From Antedon mediterranea (Eukaryota; Animalia; Echinodermata): a stretch of 64,000 bases of DNA. The notes below the pieces were generated by a model. That model had not been told where the DNA came from. It ran no database searches and worked only from the letters and a program-made list of their open reading frames with translations. Positions 13,301 to 28,300 of this stretch are shown here, in pieces. Position 1 is the stretch's first letter. The number at the start of each line of letters is the position of its first letter. The stretch covers positions 3,472,001 to 3,536,000 of the forward strand of contig NC_092672.1 in the NCBI RefSeq assembly GCF_964355755.1, given 5' to 3'. The translations under genes and the position numbers were made by a program.

Positions 13301-16300
13301 ATAATTAGCATCAGTGACATTTCTGTTTCTTTCAATCATGACTGACTTTGAATGTCAAGTACTAGGCCTGTAATCTGAAAGGTTTCTGACTGACTTTGAA
13401 TGTCAAGTACGGTACTAGGCCTGTAATCTGAAAGGTTTCTGATGACAAGGTGCAAGATGAAATGTTAGCATGCCGATGCGTACAGTCACCAAACATCGCA
13501 AAATGCCATCACGAAAAAAAAATTAATTAGTGCACGGCGTAATCAAAGGCAAACACACTTTTGTTTAAATAACATTGGTACCTAAATGCTCTACATTCTT
13601 TTAAAGTTAAAAGTAACGCATAATACATTGTGCATATGGAAGATTGTGCTTTAAACTATAATCATAGTATTGCACAACGACTTTATACGGTACGGTATCT
13701 AAATGCTGTACATTCTTCTAAAGTTAAAAGCAATGCAAATATAATACATTGTGCTTACTATATCATAGTATATTGCACAACGACTTTATACGGTACGGTA
13801 TCTAAATGCTGTACATTCTTTTAAAGTTAAAAATAATGTATAATACATTGTCGATATGGAAGATAATCATAGTATATTGTAGTCCGACTTTAAAACACTG
13901 GAAGCTTTAGCTAGATTAGGTAATATAAGTTCAGGCTAATGAGGTAATAGTGCCCTGTAGAGATCATTGTAAACTGGAGAGAAGCGAGTAAGCTATAGCA
14001 AATTTTGCAATTTATATTATGTTATTTCCATGATTTTTTAAAATTTTGCTCCTCTTATTTTAATCAAATTGTTTTCAATTGTTAACTTTATAAGATAAGA
14101 GAAATAAATGTTACTTTGAATTAATTGAATTGAATTAAATTGAATTGAATTATGCACCTGGAGCAACAATAATGCCCTGTAATATAGTAAACTGGAGAGA
14201 GGCGTAGGCTATAGCAAATTGCAAAATTTATAATACGTTATTTTCATGCTAGGACCAATTCTGCACTTGAAGCGACAAATAGTCACTATAAATTTCTCCT
14301 AATGATAGCGCCATAAATTCAACACTACTACTACTACTATACAGTAACTAAGTAACTTGTGTTTGAATTGGACGTAAGGTAGCACGACACAAGCCTTTCT
14401 TTAGCCAAACTCTGGGAGATAAAGACACAATAATGATTGCAAGAGATGGTTACCATAATCCATGGTAGTCCGAAAAACATAAACAATGATTAAACGTCTG
14501 TACTTTAGATCCTTTGATATTTATGGGCACAGGTGTGATTCTTTATTTACCCACAGAATTTGACAAAGTGGCACCTTTTGTCACCTTCAGTTGTCACCTG
14601 TTTCCATTAACAACAAGCTTTGACAAATGCTAACGACCTAGTCGGTGAATTTCCAATCAAAATATTGTGATGACGTTGATATTGATGTTAACATTTAAAT
14701 CCGCCTACAGTAGGTACAACCAACTCTCCCGATTTTACAGCCTATCAAATTTAAATAAAATCTCCCCCGATGATGATCAAATAAATATCTAAACGTTGAA
14801 TCAGTGCTTGTCTCGTTATTTGGTGTCAGTTTTATACTAAGATACTATATTATTTTATACAGAAGGAGGATAAAAGCAAGTTAAATAGATGACATTTTTA
14901 ACTAGAACTTTTCTTTCTAACAAAAATTAGAGCACTCATTTTCATACATTAGATAGAAGCAATTAAATTATGACAAGATAGATGAAAGCACACTGTTGCA
15001 TCTTGTCAAGAACTGGGTCAGAAGGCACAGAGGTCAAACTGCTGTATGCAGAGATCAGTTGCTTAAGCTGTGGTGTACTGAATTACATACAATGTACTAT
15101 GGGTAATTTATTATTTTAATGATGATACTAGGTCACATGTTTATGCAAAAATACAAATACCAAAATTATAATTTAATATTTTAAAATATTTTTTGTAGAA
15201 CAAATAAAATCTCTTAACTTCTGCAGTTGCGCAAATGATCAGTTACAAGAGTAGAACCATCAGAAGTTTCACTAGGGTGGTAGATGAAAGTTATTTGCTA
15301 AGTATCATACCTCACATTTTATTGAATGATCTAGTTGAAATAGCATAAAGTTTACCTTTGGTTTTTTTGCGTAGCTCCCTTAACCTGGCACGAATTCTTT
15401 TCCTCTCTTCAAACACCGTTTCTACTTCCAACTTTCGAGACAAAATAAAACAAAAACATTCATGCACATGCCATGCAAATTAGGTAAATTACGGAGGTCA
15501 AATTAGAAGACAGAGGTCAAATTGGAAGAAGTAGGTCATAACTTTATACAAAATGTTCCTTTTATTGCAACATCAGAATAAGGTACAACATAAAAACTTG
15601 TCAGGTAAGACATTCTAGTTGCCTATCAATATATAATATTAAAAACCCTTTAGGAGATCTCCTTGAATTATATTCAGCCATATACGATTTCTTCTATATT
15701 ATAATTAGGTTATTTTTGGATATCTTATTACTAGCAAGGTTGCCAAACATTACAGCGGAGACCCATGACACATGATCAAAATAGTTGTCTGCGTTTCAAA
15801 GCTTTCTGTCCTTCAAGATACTGTGGAAGATGGGTTTATTTGTCAGATACCTGGAAAAATTAATTCCACAAAAGTTGAAATATACTTGATTTAATGTGAA
15901 GTTAAGAGGAATAAGATATCCAAGAAGGCGGATCTTGTTGATCTGTAGGTTCTGCAACTGGTAAATAGCAAGACAGAAGTATTTGAGATAGAGTATTTAT
16001 TAAAGTAACCCAATATCATTTTTAAATGTTTTTTCCCGGAATTGAATAAAAAAGAAATAAAAACACGTAACTTCATGCAGTTTTTAAAAACCAAGATATC
16101 ATATTTATAAAGAAAATAAAAATAAAAATGCAACAATTGAAAATCATTCACAAATATATCAAAATACATTTTAAGGGGGTGGATGAGGAAAGAAGATGTG
16201 GTGGTAAACATGGCAACACTTTACCTTAGGAACTCACCTCTACTCTTTACTACTATAGCACTGATTTCAAAAGCATCTTTTATATTCCACATTTGTACAC

Positions 16301-19300
16301 AACATCACAATGCCAAGGATAAGAATATTCTTGATTCTATAGTTTTTTATGCAGGACAAACATTTGTCATATTGTAATTCAACTCAATTAACTAAAACTT
16401 ACCATTTTTTCCAGCTCGCCCACATTCTCCATATGTTCTATATCAGGCGCCATGATGCACGTTCTGGTACCGTTTCCCTGCTTAAAATATTCCTCGTCCT
16501 TTTTAGATAATTCACACTGAAAAACAATAGAACTGTTAGTGTTATCGACAATCTTTGCAGCAGTCAACGTCACATCACAAAAAAACATTCTTTGAACTTG
16601 GTAATTTTTTAGATAATTTTCTTATGAAATAACAAATCCAAACTTTCAGGAAAGCCTAGAATTTCGGGCCTGGCCATGCATGTCCGTTTTGGGAGAATCT
16701 TTGAATCACTGAAGAGCTTGTAACTCTTTTTCCACGATTACAGTTTTGTTTATAACGCCCACTAATCAAGGGTCAGATAGCTGATTTGATGTTGATGACT
16801 TTACAAATATACAGCTTCAATATCTTTGCATTGTTTGTTTTTCATGCTGCATGTTGTGACATATAAATCAGCAATGTTAAGATACTAACACTAACATAGA
16901 TTAATTAGGTTACAATAAAAATAATAACTAGATTTATTTCATCACATTTTAGGTTCTATGCATTGATTTAACAAAGATAATTTATTTTTTAAAAGATTTA
17001 CTGATTGATTGATTTTGTCGGAAATGTTCGTTATTTATAATAATATGAAAAACAGGATCTGGTAACGTAAATACAATAGCCGGTATCACTGCACATCAAG
17101 CCACTAAATAACAACCCGATCAAAGACACCTCCATATCCTTCCTATGCATGATAATGCATATAACCTAATAATTCTGTGTTAGATTTATGATTGATGTGT
17201 GAATAACAAATTATTATTATATGATCATATTTAAATTAGAAAAATGATTAAACTTCTACAATGTTTATTATTTTATCATACTTTAACTATCTAAACAGTG
17301 TTTTTTTTAGCACTGAAAGTGAAATTAAAAAATAACAAAACTAGAAAATAAACAAATAAAACACAATTAATTTAAGTTTCTATGAAAATTCATGCAATAT
17401 CTGCATTGGGCAAACTATTTAGCTTTGGTTTTTCATATGACCTCCAAGGTCAAACACAACAGATCAAAAGTGCATCCAACAGTTATAAAAGAAAGATGCA
17501 TATCAAAACAATTGATATAATTCACTGGTACATAAATAAATAAAATCTGTACTTTTTTCTCAATAATCAAAAGCAATATTTTAACTAAATTAATGTCAAT
17601 AAAAATTCAAACTGACACAGGTATTAGTACTTTTCTACATCACTATACCGTACTCATAAATTATAATAATAATATGTATTGTAGAAGAGGTCAATGACTT
17701 GAAGCATCTTAAGCTCTGTCTACACTATCGAACTAATTTGACAAAAAAAGTGTGATGTGCCTAAATATGGTAGTGATATGATCAAATATGGTAGTGATAA
17801 AACATCATGTCCATATATGGGCACATCACAGTTTTTTTTTTACATAAACTAGTGTAATAGTGTATAGACAGAGTTTAAGGATAGAATATAGAATTAAAAA
17901 AACCTTGTAGGCCTAATGAATTAAATACTTTATGCCTCTCTTTTTTTTTGGAGTCGCATACCATAACATTATTTAGGAGCATTTCTGTTCTATATAATTT
18001 TATAAGCATAAAAAAGATAATATTCTAAAATATTATTAATTAACAAAATGTGTGTGAATTTAATAAAATATTTTTTGGTTACAGCTATGAAGAAATGACT
18101 TCTTTATATGTAATCATTAATTGAAATGCTCAATTTTCTACAAAATACATTTCAACTTTGTTAATTATCTGTTCTTGAGTAACGGTGACTCAGATCGGGT
18201 TTCTTAAAGTCATGTTAAATCAAAAAGGCATCACGCACTGCTAATAAATTACTTAGATAGGTAACCAAGTCTTTTATATAAGCAACCATTGACGTCAGTA
18301 GTGATAACAAAGTTGTGGAGCTATTAAACATAACAAACTTAATACATGTAAAAGTTAATATAATATGTAATTTACTAAACTTTTCTTTAAAACAAATATA
18401 ATACTATAGACTTATATCATGGATGATTCTTAAGAAATGCTTTACATAAAATATAATCAAATATGCGATTCAAAATTGTTAACATTCTCAATACTGCGTC
18501 CATTCAACTTCATTTTTTAAAAGAATCACCATTGTCTATAGCTTTAGCTATATAAACCTGAATTTATCACTTACTATAATATTATAACGCAATTATTATG
18601 TTGTATTGCACATTTCAATTGAACTGCATAGCTAGGATTTTATTTAAAGGTTTAGTAAACCCTTGCTTCCACATACCTTGAATATCTCTACAACACTACA
18701 CTAACAAGCGATGTTATTGAAGATGACAAAAACATCTTTTAAATTTTATGAATGATTGATTTAGCTATTTAATATACCTCAAAATCAGAATGGGTTCTCT
18801 TAATATTAATAATGCATATTAATCATATGCAGAAACAGTATACAGTACTTTTAATCCATGGTATAAATAAAAATTGATAAATAAATGTAAAAAATTATTT
18901 TGTAAATATAAGGTACCTATAGTAGGATTTTAGTTGTTTTTAAAATTAATTAGTGTTCCATGACCTTCTCATCAAAATTAATGTCTCTCATTGTTGTGCT
19001 ATGTCAACATAATGTCAATGACGGCGAAATGTCCCCAATAATGGGGATAGCTATGCAAACAAGTAACAAGTAAGTAACCTGAACAGTAAAATATTGTCCA
19101 TATTCCGTCATTTTTTCACATAAAAAGGGCATGAAGAAGAAATGTATTAAAAGAAAAGAGAGAATGGAGTGGAACATAGGTTGAAGGGGTACATCAGTAT
19201 GTATTGTTTTTCTTTTATGAACATTAATTATTATAAATAGGTTTTGATGACGAGTTAAATTCTATAGCTTTTTATAGGTTTGTCCCCTGTATGGGGTTGG

Positions 19301-22300
19301 CCATAATCATTTCATTGCAAAGGTGACTAATATGAGTTCCCAAATCGAGTCTTATACACCAAGTATAATGCAATTTAGGTTGATGCTACGCTTTCTTCAA
19401 TATCCATTAGCAAATGAATCATAATATTTAATAAGAATAACCACATTATTAACACTCATTTGCCAACATTACATTATTTAATTACCGTAAACAAATCATT
19501 AAATCATTGTTAAATTATGAAATATTTACCAAATTATGTTGCAATCAAAATTAATTGGCTAATTATAAACTCATTAATCTTGTTAATTAAACCAAGTTGG
19601 GACTTTACTAAGTAACTTTACTTACAATGTTAGAAAAACTACTCAGTATAAGCATGGAGGTATAAGTATATTCCACATCATACCAATATAATCTGTGACT
19701 TTATGGTTGTACAGCAATCCCAGTTTCCTGGGTACAAATCCTACTGGACTCTATCAGGGCTGTAACAAGCATGAGGCAGACGAGGCGCTTGGCTTGTCTG
19801 ACATTTTCAATTTTCACCACCCACCCCAATTCCACAGCACAAATCGTCATATTTTATATATAAATTATAACATCTTTGCATCGTCTTGGGTTGTTTTTAA
19901 CCTCTCGCTACAGCCTTGTCTATACTATGACATTTCTGATGGCCATTTGTGAGTGCAATACATTTACACTAGATAAATGTAAACATGTATGATTATTTAT
20001 ATTAAGATATATTTTACATAAGTTAAAAAATGTAATAAGAAATATATTCAATTTATTTCAGAATGGATATAAACTCTTATCAAAGTTTAACATTAAAAAG
20101 GTAAGGGTATGATGATAAAAATTACTATAGCATATAATTATAAGAAACAGTATTTTAAAAAAAGGTATTTAGAAAAAAATTAAATTCAACAAAAAATGTT
20201 TTTAAGCAGGAATAAATAAAACTATTTAAACTATTTAGCAACAATGTAGAAATGCAACACTCTCTACATAAATATAGCGGTGTGACACAATTGACAGGTG
20301 AGGAGCATACCTTTGTATTAAATATGATTGTTGTTGTTTTGTTTCTACACATTCACTTTTAAAAGATGAACAATCTCATTTGAAAAAAAATTGAAAAAAA
20401 AAAATTGAAATACCTATTAAATATTATAAGGCATCTTCTTGGAAACTAGAAAGATGAGGAGGAATGTATAAATTCTTTATAAAATATTTCCAAATTGTTG
20501 ATATTGATTGGAATTTTTCTAGCCTCCCATGACAGGCACTGTAGTTTGCCTAAAGCACAATGTTCCTTACCATGAGGTCTTCTTGTGACTACACTGGCTT
20601 ACAGTTAAGCCATGGAGGTAGACCCTCATGGTAGCCTGTTCTTATAAAGCCTCTAAAACGGTAGTTCTGTGAAATCGTAAACCCCAACATTCTACTTTGT
20701 AATCCGACTTTTTCATGAATGTTTATTCTTTTGTAAATTTGGCTTTTACAATCTATTCTAGTTCTAATTTAAGTGTAAAACTCTTGTTGTTAATTGTTTA
20801 ATTGTTAAATTTGATTTGTGTATGTCTTACGACCTTGTCGAAAACACCATTGAGGTGAACAAGTGTTGACATGATTAAATAAAGTTTTTATTATTATTAT
20901 TATAGGAATACATTCTCCTTTGTGGGTATATTAACATTGCACATACTATACACTTCCCTTTATATACTTCTGGAGAATCACGAGCACATAGATCAATTGA
21001 CCATACGTAGGGTACGTTTAGAATTATTAATTTACTTGGGTATACTTGGTGTAATACCTACACATCAATTTTGTGATAATTAGTTCATGAGGAAAACTTA
21101 AATGGGTAAATTAATAACTAAGTCTGAATGGGTAATACTTTACTACACGTACACCAGACTGACTTACACATTGATGTTCATTCAGATGGAAGGTGAGCAA
21201 CACACAAGCCCTAGAATACTACTAGCTCCTAATTCAGGTACTTTATATGTAAACTTTTCAAAACAATGAATGTACAGTACTTTGGTAAGATATTTTGTAA
21301 TTTATGGCCTAAAACTATTGTATAAAACTTCTTTTTCTGCCTTAGAGGTAGTTAAACTTTTGAAGACAACAAGAAAATGATATGAATAAATACGAAAAAA
21401 ACCCGCTATTTTCTCCATTGCAATATTGTGGTTTAACTTCTACATTCAAACATGCCTAATGTTCCAACAGATATACAATAGCTCTGAAATGTAGTTATAT
21501 CAGAGTTAAGGAGGTTAATATTACAGTTTTAGTAACTGATCACATCAGTACTGTTTTAGGCCTACTTTTGTTGGTTGTAACATTAGCTAATTACAGTAGC
21601 TCTATTTTTGGTTGCCTAGCTTTAACGTGTGTGTGCGGAGACAGTTTAATATTATAGAGTCTTTAGCCCACTACAAATTAAGAACATTCCCATGTATTAC
21701 AACACTGAATAATTAATATTACATATAATAACATTATAATATGATACAGTAAATCAAAACAAAATTTAATCTAAATAATCTAGTATAAATGTAAACATTA
21801 ATTTATATCACAAAACCAAATAGGAAGAAGAACCTTTCTGGTGAAAGTTTACCTTAAAATTAACTGTAAGTAATCCTTTATAGATGTCACATCAATCATA
21901 ATGTCATTTAAAACAAACCACTTTTGATCTTTCTCGTAAAAAAATGAATGAATCAGGCTGATAAACGGCAAGATATGAAACACAACCCCTGCTCATCAGA
22001 AGAACTTACACCAGCTGGATTTTGATGGAGAACAGTGCATTTTGTATAGTTTCATCCTAGGTTGCTAATTGAGATGCAGATAGGAGGTTTGGTTACCACT
22101 GAGAAACAGCTCAAATTAAACGTGAATTTACATATTAGGAGACAAGATGTCTTTTACAAGTCAAAAAATTTAGAGCATTTTGCTGAAAACTTACAGCTTC
22201 CATCTGAGCAGAACAAAAGAATTTTTCCAACGATAAAACTATCAGGAAAATGTTAATTTTCTTTGCAGGGATGAGACTGGGGAGGGGGAGGAGGGTTTGG

Positions 22301-25300
22301 GTACCTAGGGATGCACACTCTATTCTTCGACAGCTAAAATTAAATGTTATATCCATTTTTTATATTAAATTAAAACAAAATATTGGATCCACTCTTGCTT
22401 TGTGGTTTATCATTTGTAGAAAATTTGTCATTTTAATTTATTAAAATAAATATTAATTGATTGCTGTAATTTCATTAGAATGTTGTACTTAATTCATAAT
22501 AAAAAGAGAATACACTTATATCCAAGAATCTATTTTAATTGCGTCATATAGATACTTAAATCACATACCATAGCTAGGTCTCATCACCCATCATGCAACA
22601 GTAGAATCTGCCAATCATAGCAAAGGTGACGTAATTACTGGTATTGTAATATTACACAAGAACCTAATCAAGGGACACCATCACATCAAGCCTATAAAAC
22701 AATGTAGGCCTACAGCAATGGGAGAAGTTCTGTTAAACAAACCCCATTTCCAGTCAACCCTGTTCGCTAACTCTTAAACCATCACAAAGTAAATTTTCCA
22801 AGAGATAAATATTAAACAAAAAATTAAAGAGATGCAATCATAAAATGCATTCCTACCAGGACAAGAGAGTTTGACATCTGTAAAACTTTCGTCTACTATT
22901 AATTTGGACAGAGATGTTAATTTTTAAGGATTTATTTGTTTTTAAATAGGGTTACCACCAGGTGTCCATTGCACCTGTATTTAGCACTAATTACTTGATT
23001 TTATTGATTAATTGTTCATAAACCTTGGGCTTAAAATGATGGTTTTAGGAATTATTATATGTGACTTTGTGTTTTTAATGGATATATTTAATGAATTATT
23101 GTAATATGTGTGTATGGAAATTATTGATGTATATTATTATTTTGACATTACAATATCTGTATTCTATATTTTTCAGAAGAGAATTTCTAATCAAAAATAG
23201 ATCCTCAGAAGAATTTAATTAATCTGGGGTAAACGTGAAAACATACATCAGATAATAACAACGTAACTGAACTCTAATGACGAAATAGTAATATTACTCC
23301 ATCACTTTATACATCAACTACAATTCCTTTAATCCGTTAAAATACTTTTAAACCAACGATTATCTCTTCCTAGTTAAAGGCATCTTTTCCATGGCAACCA
23401 GAATGCTTATGGCTGTTTAAATCTAACTTTCTCTTTAACGTGTTCCAGATTATATCAGTGCTAACACATTTTGACACTTCATTTAAGATTTGGGTTAAAG
23501 TTGATGATTGGTAAAGTTTTAACTAAACTATGATTGAGAAAATCCTTTGTTATGAAATGATAAAATATTCAATTTCTCAATGTTGTACTTCTCCCATATG
23601 AAAATATTTGTATATTTATCATAAGCAAATGTAATGACAAAAAATATAATTTCTATAGTAAGTCCAAAAATAAAACAATAAATCTATTTCTCTCTGTGAC
23701 TTATTCAGTATACATGGTACTATATACTACAAAAAAAATAAATAAAAATAAAAAATATCACCTATAATATTATTAGTGTAACTGTATACTAATAAAAACA
23801 AAATAACAATACAATAATTCAGTGCATTTTAAATATTATATTACAAATAACATATAAAAAAGAAAAGAAGCTTACAAGTAGTCAGCCACTAACAATATAA
23901 ATGTATACAGTAACTCCCTGAGGACAGGTCAGTAAATATAAGAACTATATACCCAATACATTGGTATCTCCACAGTAGCATCTATGCCCTATGCACCTAC
24001 TTATGGCAACAGTGCATCTGTCTATCTACTATCAAGACAACATGCTCAGAATGATAAGTAGGCTAGCTCAGTGCCAGCCAATGCCATATAAGGAGCTACT
24101 ATGCAACTAGACTTTAGTATACAGACTCTTGGTGGTAGTTGGTTGAAATTTAAGTCTGGATTTCTAACCAGGTAACTTTTCTATATAAAAATATTTCAAA
24201 TCACAATGGTTTGTGGACAACAATTACATTTCATAGGAATTGATTTTTTATTGAGTTAATACTAAAAAAAAAAAAAATGTAAAATATTATCCCCAATTTT
24301 ATTTTTAATGATTATTTAATATAAAAAAAAAAAATATGAAAGACTACTTTATAACAAAATAATTGGTAATCATTTCGTTGTGTTGATATTAAAAAATTCA
24401 TTTCTATGCAAAAGTTGGATGCTTAAAAAAATATATACTTTCAAAAAAATTACATTTTCCAAAATTATTTTACCACCATCTAAATTTGTTATATTAATTA
24501 TTTTCATTTTTTGTATGTTTTAAGTTTTTATTAGAGTGACATGCTTTATCGGCCACAGATCATCTTTTGCCACTCCTTGGCGCAATCAAGCTATTAGATG
24601 TTTTGTTAAAATGTTTGCTGAAAATTAATTTTAACAAATGTAAAATGTGTCTGAAAAAATAATGTTTCTCAACTTACCTTTTCTAGTTCACTGAGATCGA
24701 TTTCAATTTCAATTTCCATAGGATTCCCGTTTTGATCCATGCTATTGGTCACTGGCATTCTTGATGTGTCCATCGTATCTTCCATTAATGACTTTGTCTT
24801 GAGGGCGCCTTTAGTGATCGGTTCCAAACACATGGAATGATTTTTTGTTAAGGAAATCTTTGATTCAATTTCAGGATTCTCAGTGTTCGAGTTAATTTTC
24901 AGTTTAAGTTGTTTTCTGTTCCCAAACGGCGAATTCAACCTTGTAAGCTGATCAAATTTTTTAAACGATGGGTTGGTTTCCGTTTTATTTTGTTGCGTAT
25001 CTTTCTTGACCGATGTTTGAATTGGTTTGTACCGTTCCAATACACTTTTTGGAGTATTTGACAAAACAATACCAGTTATTTTCGATGGCGATTGAGTCTT
25101 ACTCGATATAAATGGACTGTTAGCTTGGTTCTTTGCTTCAATAAATTTAGACACTCTATCTTTGTTGATACCCAATGGCGATGAAGAATAGTTTTTTTTT
25201 GGAGTTGAAACATCACAATTAAACTTAGCAGCAAAACCACTTACTTTCCCTTTAGCTATTCCTGAAATAAAAGACAATTACAGATTAGACGGTATCATGA

Positions 25301-28300
25301 AGTTCTCTTGCAGACTGAAAAAAATACTTTTTAAAATTCTTGTTCATAACAGTATCTAAATTAAAAACCATTTAATTCTATGATCATTTATTTTGAAAGA
25401 GGGCGCTAGACTACTAGACTGCCATATACAAACATACATAAATGCAATGCAAGAAGACATATTTGCTAAAGAAAAAATAAATCTATAAATAAAATCTATG
25501 AAATAGTTTATCAAATAATTCTTTTGAATACTGGTAAAATGTACCTTTGATTATTTTTGCGTCTCGTTCAGGTGTTGATTTGTGTGAGGAATTTGTGTTT
25601 GCAGCACCTCCAAATTGAAATTTGTTCCTCATGCTAGTGACTTTATTATTAGGAGAGCAAATGCTTCCAGAGCGTGACGACTGTGGCGTCGATGTCGGAG
25701 TGGAAGCACGAGATCCGAATACTGACGATGATCTGGAGTTACTGTTGCTAGAGTCAAAAACAGGAGTTTTGATGTCACTAAGAAACATTGTTGTCTTTGA
25801 TAGCATTCTCCTTTTTGGTTCTCTGGTCATTCCAATGTCCAGTTCTTCATGGTCACTCCGACTTCTTAGGTTTCTACTTCCCGGTCGTGATTCCTGTTGA
25901 TCGCTACTGGTACTGGATGTCCTGCTTGATGTGACAGAATCTGGTTTCCTCTGCAATACATCTGCATCATCTCTGCTATTTGTGGAAAGTTTCTGAAGAT
26001 CTTTTTGTGGAAGTGCATTTAATATGGATTCCGAATCAATTTCTGACATACTTTGCTGATTTTCTGTTGCCGATTGCTCAACATCAAGTGGCAACATATC
26101 ATCAACGCGTTCAAAATCAAGAGAAATAACTGATGGTTCTGCAGTGTCATCTTGTAAAAGCAAAGTGTTCTTAGATGGATTGACTGCAATCTCCACACTG
26201 GTGGATGCTGGTGTGGTATCATCATCTGGTGTGGAATCGTTATCTGGTGTAGTACCATCTGGTGTGGTATCATCATCTGGTGTGGAATCATCATCTGGTG
26301 TGGAATCATCATCTGGTGTGGAATCATCATCTGGTATGGAATCGTCATCTGGTGTGGCATCGACATCTGGCATAGGAACATCTTGTGTGGCATGATTCTC
26401 TAATGTGGCATACCTATCAAGACCTTCATTTGCATCAAGATCTGGTCTTGCATCAATATCTGGTGTACTGTTATCTTCTGGATCCAATCCATTTAAGGCT
26501 TTCTCAATCTCTCCACTAGTCATTGGTAGCACAATTGCACTCTCCACTGGTTGCTCTTCATCAGGTCTGATATCAATTATTTCCACTACAGTACCATCTG
26601 TTATATCTAGATCTCTGTGACAATGTGTACATGAGTTGGACAATGAGTGTTCAACACTAACATGTAGTCCATCTAAGTCTGGTAATACTGTATCTGGTGC
26701 ATTGTCAACAAACATGTCATGCTTGGATGATTCTATAACTGGAAATTGAATCTCTCCCACATCTACTGCTGGTAACTCCTCTGTCACAAAATCCATTTCC
26801 TCTGAATTATCTTCAAGTTCTTCTTTTACATTGACCTCTAACACATTACCAAAGTCTTCATTTTCCAGTTCACATTCTGTAACAATAGAAAAACAAGTGT
26901 TAGATCCTAAGTACGGCAGGTAGTCCTACAAACTTTTCTTCAAACTTCCTCAAATGTTAAAGGGAAGTGTTCTTAGATCCAACGTACTGTAAGCCTACAT
27001 ACCTGAAATCTTGGGCTGAACTTGCAAGCCTTGTTGAAGCAATGTACTCATGCCTTCTATGGCTTTTTCAAAAGCTGCAAACTGTGTTGGGTATACTGCT
27101 TTCTGCTCCTCTTGCTCAACATCATCTGTATCCTTATCACCTGCACAAAATAATTAGGAGACACCATTTTCTGATAGGTGTGCTCAACAAAATGTTTTAC
27201 GTAATTCAGAGATACAGGGCTATAATTGTTGGTTTATTCAGGTAAGTAAGGCAGAAAATAAACAATCTTATTGTATACGAACATTAGTTTTTTAAACAAT
27301 TGCCTACTTACATTGAGGGACTTCAAACTCGATTTGAATTGTCTGGCAATCTGGCATTTTTGCCTCCTCTTCGGATTCCGCCTCTTCATCAACATCTTCT
27401 GAATCTAGAATTTGTTCTCCATCTGCTGTTAGTTCAGAATCACAAACACTTGGTGTTGCCATAGTAACCTCATCTTGCTGAGGTTTAACGCGTTCTTGCC
27501 CTTCTACAAAAATAAAAAAAATTATTTATTTACAATTCCAAAAATGCTGAACGACTGGAATTTTTTGACTAGCAAGCGAGTTTTAAAATACAACATTTTA
27601 CAAAAAAAAATAAAAAATTATAATCAACTTAAAATGATATACCAACTGGGTAAAGTTATAAATCCGATTGAGATGTTTGGAAAAGTATGGAACTTACCTC
27701 GGTGATGTCTCCTTAAAAGCCTGAGGGCAGTACGTATGCGTCGTCTCTCATCCACATCTTCACAATCATCAAGCTTTTGAAAACAAACAAGAAATGTGTT
27801 ATTCTAATATACTGTACATGTTATATACAGATAAAACATAATAAATTTATAGATAATATAACACATTTCACTGTGTGAATCAATAGTATGTATACAGACA
27901 TAAAAGTTTGGATTTAATTTATGAATAAAGCTTGGTTCCCACTACAGACGTATCGCAAGCATGTAACGTAACATAAGTGAGTTGATCAATCACAAGTGAT
28001 GAATTATTCGAACAGTCAACTGTCATTGATCAACTCGCTTGCTGTGCGTCTACGTCTTCGCGTTGCGTCCTAGTTGGAACCAAGCTTAATAAATAGGGGT
28101 TGCTGTCTTTATTTCAAATAAGGCCATTAAATATCAAATAAATTAATAATAAATCCATCATATTTTTAAATTCTTTTTTTCAGTACTTACTTACTATAAG
28201 TCAGTCCTCCCTCATTCTATAATACTTTAGAGCACTGAATGAACTTTTTACTTTTCTGTTTTTGTTTTGTATTGTATTGTGCTATAATCTCAGAGCAACA

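Noticed and set aside
24678-24720. EIEIEIDLSELEK as the first half of a sixth smoothelin repeat
   Set aside because: One residue shorter before the junction than the five true repeats, and no extra 76-nt partner exon was found; it splices in frame to exon 16516.
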